This document shows, in pieces, positions 26,301-39,900 of a DNA stretch of 64,000 nt (the stretch's first letter is position 1; every line of letters begins with the position of its first letter). The stretch lies in the NCBI RefSeq assembly GCF_025612915.1, contig NC_069115.1:8359492-8423491 (forward strand), in the 5' to 3' direction. Source of the DNA: Crassostrea angulata (Eukaryota). The notes beneath the pieces are model-generated. The model was not told the DNA's origin and did no database searches. It was given only the letters and a program-made list of their open reading frames with translations. A program made the position numbers and the translations under genes.

Positions 26301-29300
26301 AAAAAAAAAATTATTAACAAATTTGAACATTTTTTTTATTTGAATTTGAAGATGGAAGAAGTGGGAGATTCCTATGAAGAATTTTTTGACGGAGGAGGAG
26401 GTGGAGGAGGAACAGAGAAAATTGAAAGTACTGAGGTATACATGTATATATAAATTATCATAACAGAAACTTGTTCCAAGGAGTCAATTCAGGTTGTGCT
26501 GCCAGGCCTAGATCATTAGATCAAAGGTCATTAGATGTTTCAATCAGGCCTGGCAACCACAATAGAATTATTTCATGATGATAAAATAATTATTATAATT
26601 TATGATGATGACTTTGGCTGACTACACAAGAGTCTCAATTGTCATCACGAATATTTCTTGCCTTAAACCAGTCTGGATGTAACAGGGCTTGGTCGTGATT
26701 AATATATAACATGATGATAAATATTAAATGATGATGAAATCATTACATAACCCATCTATTATTAAGGTAATAACATAACCCACCAATTATTAACTTTTTT
26801 AAAAGGTAATTTATTACAGAGCCCATATAAGGCCTCCAGATTACTTTAATTTTGATTGTTACTGAGTCTAAAATTTAAAGATTTAAATGTTGCAGGCAGG
26901 AACTAAACTTTTATTACAAGATAAATAAAGTTTTCTTATTAAAATTTTGAATAATCATAAATACCTGGTAATCATTACAGGGTTGTTCAATGTTGTCTGA
27001 TGATGATGAAGAAGACGACCTTCAACCCATAGTGATGGACATGGGCTCTCTCTTCATGAAGGCGGGGTTTGCTGGCGACGACACCCCTCGGGCCGAGTTT
27101 GAGACCACGGTAGGGCGACCCAGGCACCAGGGGGTCATGGTGGGCATGGGACAGAAGGATGCCTATGTTGGAAAGGAGGCCACAGGTAAGATAAATGTAA
27201 TCAAACAGGTTTCAGGTAGACTTGTGGAATCAAAGTCAATGGTAAGGCAATGAAATCATTGGTCACAGGTAAGACAATTTAATAAAAAAAAAAAAACACA
27301 GGTAAGATACTGTAAACAAAGGTCCAGATAAGACAATTTTTAAAACGTCACAGGTAAGATAAGTAAATCATAGGACACAGGTAAGACATGGTAATTTAAG
27401 GTTACATTACTTGTAAGACAAAGTGTTTGCTCTGGTAGGTTACATAAGACAGTGTGATTGTAGGTTACATGTAAGACAGTGTTTTAATTTATAGATTACA
27501 AACAAGACAATGTAATGGTAGGTTACAAAATACAGTGTGATCGTAAGTTACAGGTGATACATTGCAATCATAGTCACAGGTAAATACAGTTATGTAAATA
27601 ATTAAATATAGGATACAGGTAAGACAGAGTGGTGGTAAGTTTCATCTGAGACAGAGAGATAATTATTATTGTAGGTTAAAAAATAACCATTGGTTACAGA
27701 TAAGGTAATGTAAACAGAAGTCACAGGTCCCACTTAAAAAAGGACCAACAGGTTAGACTCACTCTCAGCTATAGGTAAAACAGTATGTCAGTCGTCATAA
27801 GTCACCAGATCACTCTCAGCTAGGTAAAACAGTATGTCAGTCGTCATAAGTCACCAGATCACTCTCAGCTAGGTAAAACAGTATGTCAGTCGTCATAAGT
27901 CACCAGATCACTCTCAGCTAGGTAAAACCATATGTCAGTCATCATAATTAGTCACCTGATATCTCAGATAGGTAAAACCATATGTCAGTCGTCATATAAG
28001 TCACCAGATCACTCTCAGCAAGGTAAAACAATATGGCAGTCGTCATAAGTCACCAGATCACTCTCAGCAAGGTAAAACAATATGTCAGTCATCATAATTG
28101 GTCACCAGATCACTCTCAGCTAGGTAAAACAATATGTCAGTCGTCATATAAGTCACCAGATCACTAGGTAAAACAATATGTCAGCCGTCATAAGTCACCA
28201 GATCACTCTCAGCTAGGTAAAACAATATGTCAGTCGTCATAAGTCACCAGATCACTCTCAGCTAGGTAAAACCATATGTCAGTCATCATAATTAGTCACC
28301 AGATCACTCTCAGCTAGGTAAAACCATATGTCAGCTGTCATAAGTCACCAGATCACTCTCAGCTAGGTAAAACCATATGTCAGCAGTCATAAGTCACCAG
28401 ATCACTCTCAGCTAGGTAAAACCATATGTCAGTCGTCATAAGTCACCAGATCACTCTCAGATAGGTAAAACAATATGGCAGTCGTCATAAGTCACCAGAT
28501 ATCTCAGATAGGTAAAACCATATGTCAGATGTCATATAAGTCACCAGATATCTCAGATAGGTAAAACAATATGGCAGTTGTCATAAGTCACCAGATCACT
28601 CTCAGCTAGGTAAAACAATATGGCAGTCGTCATAATTAGTCACCAGATATCTCAGCTAGGTAAACCAATATGTCAGTCGTCATAAGTCACCAGATCACTC
28701 TCAGCTAGGTAAAACCATATGTCAGTCGTCATAAGTCACCAGATCACTCTCAGCTAGGTAAAACAATATGTCAGTCGTCATAAGTCACCAGATATCTCAG
28801 ATAGGTAAAACAATATGGCAGTCGTCATAAGTCACCAGATCACTCTCAGCTAGGTAAAACAATATGGCAGTCGTCATAAGTCACCAGATCACTCTCAGCT
28901 TGGTAAAACAATATGTCAGTTGTCATAAGTCACCAGATCACTCTCAGCTAGGTAAAACAATATGGCAGTCGTCATAAGTCACCAGATGAGTAAAATAAGA
29001 GTTACTATTGAGGTTTTTCTTTTTACAAGTAGAATTTTTCAAAGTTTCTATTATACACATTTCATTTATTTCATTATCTTTGACTTTGGTAATAACTCTA
29101 TGCTACAGTAATTCAGTTACCATCATACAAAGATATTGTGAATTCAAGGTACAAAATGTTTGTGGAAATGGAAACTTAGAAAAGCTTACAATCATGACAA
29201 CTAATTCTAGTGTGTTCTTTTTACCAGGTTCCAAACCTATAGCTGGGAAAGTTTTAAAAGGAAAGTCACCAGGTATATTCACAAATGTACTACCAGTTAG

Positions 29301-31227
29301 TTTTAAACACATGATGATTCATCGCAAGGCATGATTACTCAGTTTGTTCTTTTAAGTTACTTTTATATTTTTGGACTGCAGGCAAACAGTGAAATTATAA
29401 CTTAATTAAATACAAATTTTAACTTAAATGTAATAGCTATGCATATCCAGTCCAATCCACACTTGGCAAAAGTTGTTTCCCTTCGCTGGGTCAACCCAAA
29501 GGTCAAAAGGGACAAAAACAACTTTTTCCTTCTAATTACGCAACCAAGTATTTTGGCGTTTTGTGATGAAATCTTTTTATTAGAATTTTATCTATTCCTT
29601 CGATATATGTGTTGCCTCATCTTGAGGCAATCAAAATAAGAACAGAAACGGAATTTTATTGTCAAATAACAAAGTTACTAACCTCTAAACTACAAAGGCT
29701 ACTGTGAGAAATCTATGGGTTTTTCCTCAAAGATGGCGGCCAAGGGACATAACTTTTGTAAAGCGTGGATTGGACTATTCCTAATTTGCCATTTTAACAA
29801 ATTTAAATGAAGAAAATTCGACACATACTGTTCTTTCTTTCAAAAAAAACCCCCATGTTCTTTGACTCTTGCTTTGCTTCATGCGTCAATTAATTATTTT
29901 AGGTAAATATCTTTACTAATCAACATTCAATTAAAGGTCCACACAATGGTTTGTGCATTTTACCTACCAGTATTAGTAATATATTTTGAATGTACATTCA
30001 GGTTCAGCATAAATTTATGGAGAGATTTTGAATAGGCCATGTCTTAATCAAACCCATGGGGATACTACATGTACATCTGGGAAAGACAACTATAATTTTA
30101 TTGTAATCTACATAGAGTACGTTAAAGTGACTTTAAATTTGATAAATAAATATACAATAATATATGAGCCCAATATTTTCCAGACTTATATATTTATAAA
30201 TTTATGCATATTTAATACATATCTACAATCAAAACAACATCTAGTCTATATTAGTTTTATTATGATACAGAAATTAATTATAGTAAACTTATTAAACTTA
30301 TTATAAATAAAATTTATGTGAAAAGAAAGAATAGTATTTTATGTGAAGAGAAAAAATAGTGACTTTAATTTATGAACAACATCTAATTACTGTACTTTCT
30401 TTATAGCTGATAAGGCCCAAGATAAAGTAGTGTTGCTTGGCAAAATGTCATCAGGTAAAAAAATTGATTCAGAATCAATTATTCAAATTTCAAATTTGAC
30501 TGTTAATTTCAAAATTTATTTAAAAAAAAAAAAGCTCTTTTAGACTTACTGTCTTACAAAAATTGGGGTTAAATAAATTTATTATTCTTTTCTTTGGTTA
30601 GTAGAAGAAATCAAGTCAAAAGTAACGAAATTAAAATCATAATATAAAAAATTGAGTAAACACACTGTCAGGCAATTTTTTGCCAATTATTATGTTGAAC
30701 AATATATGGCCATATTTGTTCAAATAACTTATATTTAAAAATGCTACAAAAAGTAATATCAAAACTGTTACCATGGTTACAGTAAATTATCAGTCAGACA
30801 TGTTTTTAAACAACTGGAACAAGAGAAATTAATTGTGTATTATTTTAATTAATAGAAAGGACGAAAAAGAAGCTAGCTGGTAAAGAAAAAAGTTACAGTA
30901 AAGTTTGCAGTAGTGATGAATCGGATGTTGATGATCTCGGATTTAATTTGTTTGGTGACGACGATGACGATGACGACTATGAGAGGCCGCAAAGTTTTAA
31001 ATCTACAGGCAAGTTTCTTTTGGTTTATGACATAATTAATACATTTACGTTAGCATAATTTTCTATTCAATGCCATGCAGTTCTGCAGAAATATCTATTT
31101 TGTTAAAAGGATTTGCTCTTTCAGTGTTGATTTGCTTCATACAGAATGTCAATGAATTATTATACCCCCCGCAAACAAAGTTTGGGGGGGTATATAGGAA
31201 TCACCTTGTCCGTCCGTCCGTCTGTCC

Positions 31228-31265
<38 letters not shown>

Positions 31266-34200
31266 CTGTGCAATCGTGTCCGGTCCATATCTTTCTTATG
31301 GAGAAACATTGGAAGTTCTTACTTCACACAAAGATTGCTTATGACCTAAGGGTGTGTCATGACCTTGACCCAAGGTCATTCGGGCAAGGTCAAGGTCACT
31401 GGCAGAAAAAGTGTAAAATTCGTGTCCGGTCCATATCTTTCTTATGGGGAAACATTGGAAGTTCTTACTTCACACAAAGATTGCTTATGACCTAAGGGTG
31501 TGTCATGACCTTGACCCAAGGTCATTCGTGCAAGGTCAAGCTCACTGGCAGAAAAAGTGCAAAATTCGTGTCCGGTCCATATCTTTCTTATGGAGAAACA
31601 TTGGAAGTTCTTACTTCACACAAAGATTGCTTATGACCTAAGGGTGTGTCATGACCTTGACCCAAGGTCATTTGGGCAAGGTCAAGGTCACTGGCAGAAA
31701 AAGTGCAAAATTCGTGTCCGGTCCATATCTTTCTTATGGGGAAACATTGGAAGTTCTTACTTCACACAAAGATTGCTTATGACCTAAGGCTGTGTCATGA
31801 CCTTGACCCAAGGTCATTTGGGCAAGGTCAAGCTCACTGGCAGAAAAAGTGCAAAATTCGTGTCCGGTCCATATCTTTCTTATGGGGAAACATTGGAAGT
31901 TCTTACTTCACACAAAGATTGCTTATGATTAAAGGGTGTGTTATGACCTTGACCCAAGGTCAATTGAGAAAGTTCAAGGTCATTGTTTCAAAAAAGCTAA
32001 ATTCTGTCTGTGTCATGTCTTGTATGAATGGAAATATAAGAAGCTAAAAATTAACAGTTTTCAAAAATAAAGCAGTTGTTATTTATAGAAAATGGACAGT
32101 GAAATAGATTCATCCAATATTTTCTATAATAGCAAAAATACACGCGTTATGATTTTTTTCTTAGCGGGGGGTATCAATTGTGAGCTTGCTCACAGTACCT
32201 CTAGTTTATATAAATATGTTTACTAAATTAAACAGATTTATCAAAATATTCATATCGTATCATGTACCTGGTGACATGTCGTATCATGTACCAGGTGACA
32301 TGTCGTATCATGTACTGGGTACTATGTCGTATCATGTACCTGGTGACATGTCGTATCATGTACCTGGTGACATGTCGTATCATGTACCTGGTGACATGTC
32401 GTATCATGTACCTGGTGACATGTCGTATCATGTACCTGGTATCATGTACCTGGTGACATGTCGTATCATGTACCTGGTGACATGTCGTATCATGTACCTG
32501 GTGACATGTCGTATCATGTACTGGGTACTATGTCGTATCATGTACCGGGTAACAAGTCGTATTATGTACCATATATTGTATTATGTACCGGATAACAGGT
32601 CAGTAGGAGATTTTAAATGTCTAAAGGAAACATAAAAAAAAATTACTGTATACAGGGAAATATTCCCCCCTGTTTTATTTTCGCCCCTTTCGCCCTCGTT
32701 GTCATTGGGCGAATTAATGACTGGGCAAGTTTCAATATCTCAAATTATCTGTTTTTAAACACAACTGTGTGCAGATGGGGCAAAACTTTAAGCAAGTGTA
32801 AGAAAGGCTAGTAATGAATTACACAATAAATTCAAATGTTAGTTATAAATGCATTGATTTGTTACTGTAAACAAAGACGACTGACCTTGGGCTACTAGGT
32901 ATTGTATACAGGGATATTTTCACCCGGTGTTATGTTTCCCTTTCAATGTCTTTCAACTTTTCAATATCAGGTCATGCACTCTATAATTATAATGATTTTT
33001 TTTTTGTTAAAGTTATAGGTTTAATAGTCCTTTATGACAGATTTCAGGCAGTTAGGTTGTCGTCGTTACAAATATTATGATTTAATTTTCTACTCCTTGT
33101 TTACATGACAAAGAATTGTGAGCCCTGTATCTTGCTTGTAACTCTACAACTGACTCTCAAATTTCATTTGATCATTAGATATACATTTCTAAAGCATTGT
33201 AAATAATAAAAACAGAAAATTGAATTTGACCAAAATCATGAGCGTGGTCCATTAAAATAAAATGATCTTTTACATTAATCAACTTCAGGAAGGATATCTA
33301 GTATAATTGGACAACCACTGTCTGCAAAAAATTTAAGAGTGGATACTTTTAAGCCACCAGAGGTACAACTCCAATCAGCTCCTTCTTCAATGTCTGGATT
33401 GGCATTACCCGGTGTGATGAGAGGGGGCGTTTCTTCCAGAAAGGTACATGGAAATGTGTCTAAAGGAGCAGTTCCAGCAGAGAAATCCAAAGGAGTTGGT
33501 TATGGGGCATCTGAAAGCTCTTTATCTGATCTAACAAAAACAGGATTTGGAAGGCTGTCACCACAGCCAACACAAGAAATATCTGAACAATCATTATTTG
33601 GATCAGGATTTGAAGTACCTCCACCGGAACAATCAAGAGATTTTCAATTTGGTCCATCATCACAAACAGGTCAGCCATCAGCACCTGCTGACCCAGTGTT
33701 TGGATCATCAACAGCAGGATTCGGAGCACGACCAATGATGGCATCACAGGCTATGGGAGGATCATTATTTGGATCAGGATTTGGAGCACCTCCATCGGAA
33801 CAATCAAGAGGTTTTCGATTCGGTCCATCACAAAGAGGTCAGCCATCAGCACCGGCTGGCCCAGTGTTTGGATCATCAACAGCAGGATTCGGAGCACGAC
33901 CAATGATGGCATCACAGGCTATGGGAGGATCGTTATTTGGATCAGGATTTGGAGCACCTCCATCGGAACAATCAAAAGGATTTGGATTTGGCTCCTCATT
34001 ACCCATGGTACAGTCATCAGCACCTCCTGTCCCAATGTTTGGATCATCAGCAGGATTTGGAGTACCACAACAGGCTGCTATGGGTGGATCGTTATTTGGA
34101 TCAGGATATGGAGCACCTCCATTGGAACAATTAAATGGATTCGGATTTGGTTCATCAATGGAACAGCCATCGCCACCTGGTGCTTCATCATTTGGGTCCT

Positions 34201-36890
34201 CACCAGCAGGATTTGGAGTACAGCAACAGACTTTTGGAGGATCATTATTTGGATCAGGAGGCAGAGCAATGCCACAAATATATTCACTACAGTCTGATAT
34301 GTCTTCAAGTGGTTTTGGGTTTGGAGTACCTAGAAATAGATCACAACCAGCTTCTCCTCCTCCTCCACCAGCCGCTCCTCCACTACCTCCTCCACCACCA
34401 GTAGGACAGTCCAGAGGGATTGGCTTTGAGGTATCACCAAGAAACGAAATGATTCCATGTGGACCTGAAATTATATCTAGAATGCAAGGAGCAACAGAAG
34501 GAGGGCTGCCACCAGCCGCTCCTCCTCCACCTCCACCACTGCATCCACAGTCATCACCACCAGCGCCTTCTCCACCTGCACCTTTGCATTCTTCACTTCT
34601 GCGTACACAATTTATGCCTCCACCGCCACAGTCTTCTCCACCACATCCACCAAAACCACGTCAATTATTGCAACAACAAATACAACGTGGAAAAATACTA
34701 AAAAAAGCAAGCCCGATCATACGCCCTGCTTCTTTTTGTGCAAATATAGCACTATCTGAGCCAATACTAGAAAGCCAACAGGAAATTACCCCATTATTAG
34801 ATCTTGAAGTTGATGAACTTTTACCTGATTTATACCAGAGACGTTTGGCAGCACCTCCATCTCCCCCGCCAATTTCAAGAAAAAAGTCGGAATCACCTAC
34901 ACCATTAAGTCAACAGTCTGAGAGTGATTCAGTGAGGGCTGTAAAACCTCGATTAAAAAAAAAAAAGCTGAAAAAAGAATTCACAATGGCACGTGATGCA
35001 GAAATTTCAGATGCAATTTCATATACAGAGGAAGAGCAAGATGCAAAGAAAAAACCATCTGGAGGTAAGTACAGACAAACATTAATTTGTTTTTAAATCA
35101 AACAAAATTTGTGTTCTGCAACTTACTATTATTTGGTAACTTTTGCTTTTATTTTTATATTCATTTGACAATGAGAGCAAATGAGGCAATAATAGAAAAT
35201 GTTGCAATAGATCCAAACATCCAAACAACACAGTATCCGTGTATAACATAACCATATAAAGCTTAACTGTTTTAAAAACTTAGTTTAAGGTATACATTTA
35301 CTCAGAATGAAAAAACATTTCACTGATGATAATGAAAAACCATCTATTCAGTGTTAAAGACATATCATGGTAGTGCTTCTTTTCACTTTCCAAAAAGTAG
35401 GTCAATGACCTACTTTTTGAGATAATGGCCATTGAATATTTTTTGAAAAATCAAGGAAAATCCCATAAAATTTTACACTATATCTGAAATTGTCTTAATT
35501 GTGAAAAAAAAAAATACAAATTGCGATCTGAATTTGAGAACTCAAACCCTGAGTAAACAACGTCCTTAATAATATTTCACAACACATCAAAATCATCATG
35601 TTGTAAATTCCTGTGCAGCATTATAGAAATAAGTTCTGGTATAGGTGTAGGTCACCTTAGCTGCTTTGGTAACAATTTAGTGAAAGTCAGTTAAATTTCT
35701 GAATTTTATATGCCAATCTAGGATGAAGTGCATGTTTAAAACACTTTGGTAAATTCAGACTTATTATATAAAATTTGTGTTGTAGAGTTCATCTTAAAAC
35801 AGTACTTAGCATCCCCTGATCGGAAAGCTAGAGGTCGTTCAATGGTGAGGCGGTCATTTACAGGAAAGCCGAAACAATCATCTAGTGAGGTGAGAGACTG
35901 TTTGCTTATTGATTGGAACATATGCATGTGTAGTAGGGTAAAGAGCATGGAAAGCTACTGCAGATATAGCACCATTACACAGTCAGGGTACTCAAAGTTA
36001 AAATAATGAGTTTTATAGAAATTATGACATACAGTCAGGCTTGGGGCGAATTACATTGTAAAGTAATGCATTGCATTACCATTACTTTATGAATTTGGGC
36101 ATTAAATTACCATTACCATTACTTGATTTTCTTGAAGTAATGCATTACATTACCATTACATGACTAAAGTAATGCATTACCATTACCATTACTTTGTTTT
36201 AAAAAATTAAAGCTAACTAAGAGTTTTTGTAAATGTTTCAAATATAAAACACTCTTTTAACATATCTACAGCTTCATGCTCAGTATCAGGTTCAAATTCA
36301 ATGACTATACAAGAGTCGATCATTCTTTATTTGCTCAATGTATAATCATCTTGTGGCATTATGAACAACTTATTACGTAAGTAAAATGAATAGATATTTA
36401 TATATAGACATTTGGCATGATACAATGTCAGATACAAAATAGAGACACAGAATTACATGCATAACAAAAAACAATTTATTGAATAATGTTGCGGTTATTA
36501 AAAGCTAAATAGAGATATTTCCCCAGATTACACAAATCTTTATAATTTTGGACACTTAATTGTATTAATTCATAAACAGATGGTTTTTCCCAGTAATATT
36601 CTTTCTATATTTTAATCGTATATCTTTTTACTGAGGACACTTTAAGACAAAAGATTGCTATTGCACTTTTTGATCGAAGTTTCAAAGGGTTCATCTTTTA
36701 ACTGCATCTTATTAGTTTGAAAATCTTCCCAGCTATACTAAATAAATGTTTTACAGGAGCAATCGAAGCTTGGACTGAAAAGTACTGTTTGACGATCTTT
36801 ATCTTAGAATATATTAATTGTGCAATAATAGAAAAAATACAAGAATCTTGTATTTTCTATCAGTCCAAACTAATGTACAGGATACTTAAT

Positions 36891-36949
<59 letters not shown>

Positions 36950-39900
36950 AGTAATTATTTTCAAATGGGTTATAATATTGGAAGTGATATTGATTTTCAT
37001 CGTGGATGGACAGTGCATTCACTTTGCTTTTAAAGGTGTATGTCTGTCTCCTATTCTATTGGGACATAGCGAAGGGAAGGGGATTGGGGTGTTTTGCACT
37101 TCTTATAACAATAGATTGTTTTGATACTTAGATTATCCTGGGGGCATAGTGTGTTGTTGACACATTTTTAATTGAAGTGCAAACTAATCGGAGTAAATTG
37201 TTTAAATGATTAAAAACTCTTAATAACAACACTCTTAAAAATGATATGAAATTGTGCTGTCATATTTAGTAATATTAACAATTCAAAAATGAATTTTTAA
37301 AAATCTTTTTTTAATAATACAATTAAATCATATTTATCCCAATAATTATCTCTTTCTCCTTTAAAATCAAATTTAATCAAATTCAATTTCAACTATTCAT
37401 TTATTCATCACATTTTTTAAAGTGAACATGCATAAATAAGCATAGTAATGCAAAGTAATGCCATGTAATGCCAGCATTACACTAGATTTTGGAAAGTAAT
37501 GAATTACATTACCATTACTTGTAATGCTAATTTAGTGGCATTACACATTACTAGCATTACTTTGAAATCATGTAATGCATTGCAATGCATTACCATTACA
37601 TTTAGCATTACCCCAAGCCTGCATACAGTATAACGAGTAAGTTCTGTCGTTGTTTATTTTCTGCGGTATTTTGTTCAGCTGCATGAATCCCTCTACTGAA
37701 ATTCTTGATCCCTGGGACAGGGGTTGAAGCTCTATGGTGGGACCAATATGGCCATATACTATTAGTTAAAATGTATTAAATCTTAGAAAATCTTCTTCTC
37801 TACTCCCACACATGTGGGCAAAAAACTGAATACATGGTTATGATGTCCACAAACTTATAATGTATTAAATCTTCTTCTTCACTCCCACATGTATTTTGGA
37901 AAAACCAAATTTTGAAATTAATGGTTCCTGGGTCAGTGGTTCGGCGGTAATGAAAATGTATTGATTAAATAAGTATTAAGTAAATGTACTATCGAACTTG
38001 AGAAAGATAAAGTCAAATATTGTAAAAAGTTAAGTTGTTAATTGCATGCGTTATTATGTTCACAATGTCCTGACGTTAAATTGTGAAATTGACTGCCCAA
38101 GCCATAGGAATTAAGTTGAGGTTTTTATTTTGGGGGGGTGGGGTAATTAGGGTAATTATGTGGGCTTTTCCTTTGCATTTTATACTTGTAATAAGCTGTA
38201 TGCATAAATGGAACTGTGATTATTATAAAAGATTGACTATTGAAGGCCTGCAGACTTTAGACTTCAAAATTAAGCTTAGAATTAAGCTGAAAATGCAAAC
38301 ACGGTCTGGTACTCAGGTGACCATAAGGCTTGTGGGCCTCTTGTTTTTATAACTCAACAATGAAATTGTTGAAAATAATACTAGGCATATGAATATTTTC
38401 TATTTTAAGAATGAAATGACAACACTGCTTTTACTGGATGTCACCCCTTTACCTCTTGGTGTGGAGGATGCAGATGGCAATTTTATTGAAATTGTTCCCC
38501 GAAACACCACCATACCTTGCAGAAAAAGCCAGGTCAGTGAGACTGTTAGTTCAGGGCTTTGCCTGAAACTGTGGATTCTTACTTGAATTTTATATTATAA
38601 TATGTGTAAAATTGCAAGATGCATAATTTATGTACACTTTGCAGATTTCAAAACTTTTTACTTAATATTGACAGATCTGTACTATTAATAATCAAACTTA
38701 ATAATAGAATATATGAGTTAGCAATTTTATATTCTCGCAATTTGATGCAAAATGGTCAATTCGCAGAATTACATGTAAATATTATAATAAATAAATCTTT
38801 AGTAATCAGTGTTATGGTTGCAGTTACTAGGGATGAGCCCTAGTCATTATTTGATCCAGCTGCGGGATGCATGTATCACTTTAGATCAAAAATATGTCAT
38901 GTATTAAATTTTATATATATCAATATAATAATGGCCAGTTATTTTGATAGGCTTCAGGTATGCTAAACTGATTGTACAGTAACTGTAATGTAATGGTTTA
39001 AAAATATAAAGCACACTCAGATTAAAGTTGTGGTAAATAATGAGAATACCATAATGATTCTTTAAATGAACTAAACAATCTTTTTTTATCAAGTGATCAT
39101 GTTTTGCAATTTTAGTGGTATAGGTATGTTCAAAAATTTTACTCAATAATTACCGTTCTGGAATTCACCTTTGCCTTTTTTTTGAATGCCAGTTAAAGAG
39201 ACATGGTGACTCAAACTTACATAATTCTTTTTTTGTAAAGATTTTTTATAAAATCAAAAAATTGGGAAGAAAGATAATCAAAGCCAAGTTATGTGCATTC
39301 ATCTGCACCAAAATGCAGACAAAAAATGTAATTTGAATGTCGGAAAAACGAAAATTACATGATCCAGAATGGTTTATAGTTTACGTCTAGCGTCATGTGA
39401 CTTTCTTCAACATCCATCTGTGATATTGGTTGCCAAGATATACATGTACCTTTGTTTGAATACAGCCGCCCTGTTCCTTTCTCGGGCGATCTTTTTCTTT
39501 ATGAAAAAACCTCGGTCTACCGACTTTTCGTTTTTCGTGGCTAGACTCCATGATTGTTTAATATGTTGTATATGCGCAATTGTAGAAGGAGGCACGAACA
39601 ATATTTACTGTTGGGCCAACAAGTAATTATATTTTTATCTGTAACAAATGAATTTTTACTTTATAAAACTTGTAATTTTGTGAAACTTCTTATGTTCAAG
39701 AACTGAACAAAATTTAGAAAAGCCACAGTGACCTAAAAATGTTGTTTTATCCAATTCACTTGTTTTTGCATCACCGTGTCTCTTTAATATTTTAATCATA
39801 TGATTATTTGACTGTAATATGCCATTAGATAAAATCTCAAAAACACATATCATACATGTACAATATGTGCAATACATGTACTACATATACATGTATCCTG

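Noticed and set aside
32255-32590. Regularly spaced 24-bp direct repeats, superficially CRISPR-like
   Set aside because: Units abut each other with no unique spacers, and the window is eukaryotic; this is a minisatellite, not a CRISPR array.
31070-32635. Several 65-151-aa ORFs (MPCSSAEIS..., [10 protein letters not shown]..., [10 protein letters not shown]...YHVPGDMS repeats)
   Set aside because: Open frames generated by (GTCT)n, the 147-bp satellite and the 24-bp minisatellite; periodic peptides with no start or splice context.
33460-34701. Multiple 60-95-aa ORFs on both strands overlapping the large low-complexity exon
   Set aside because: Alternative-frame and antisense ORFs typical of repetitive Pro/Gly/Ser-rich coding sequence. 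Only the 592-codon sense frame has splice-site and phase support.
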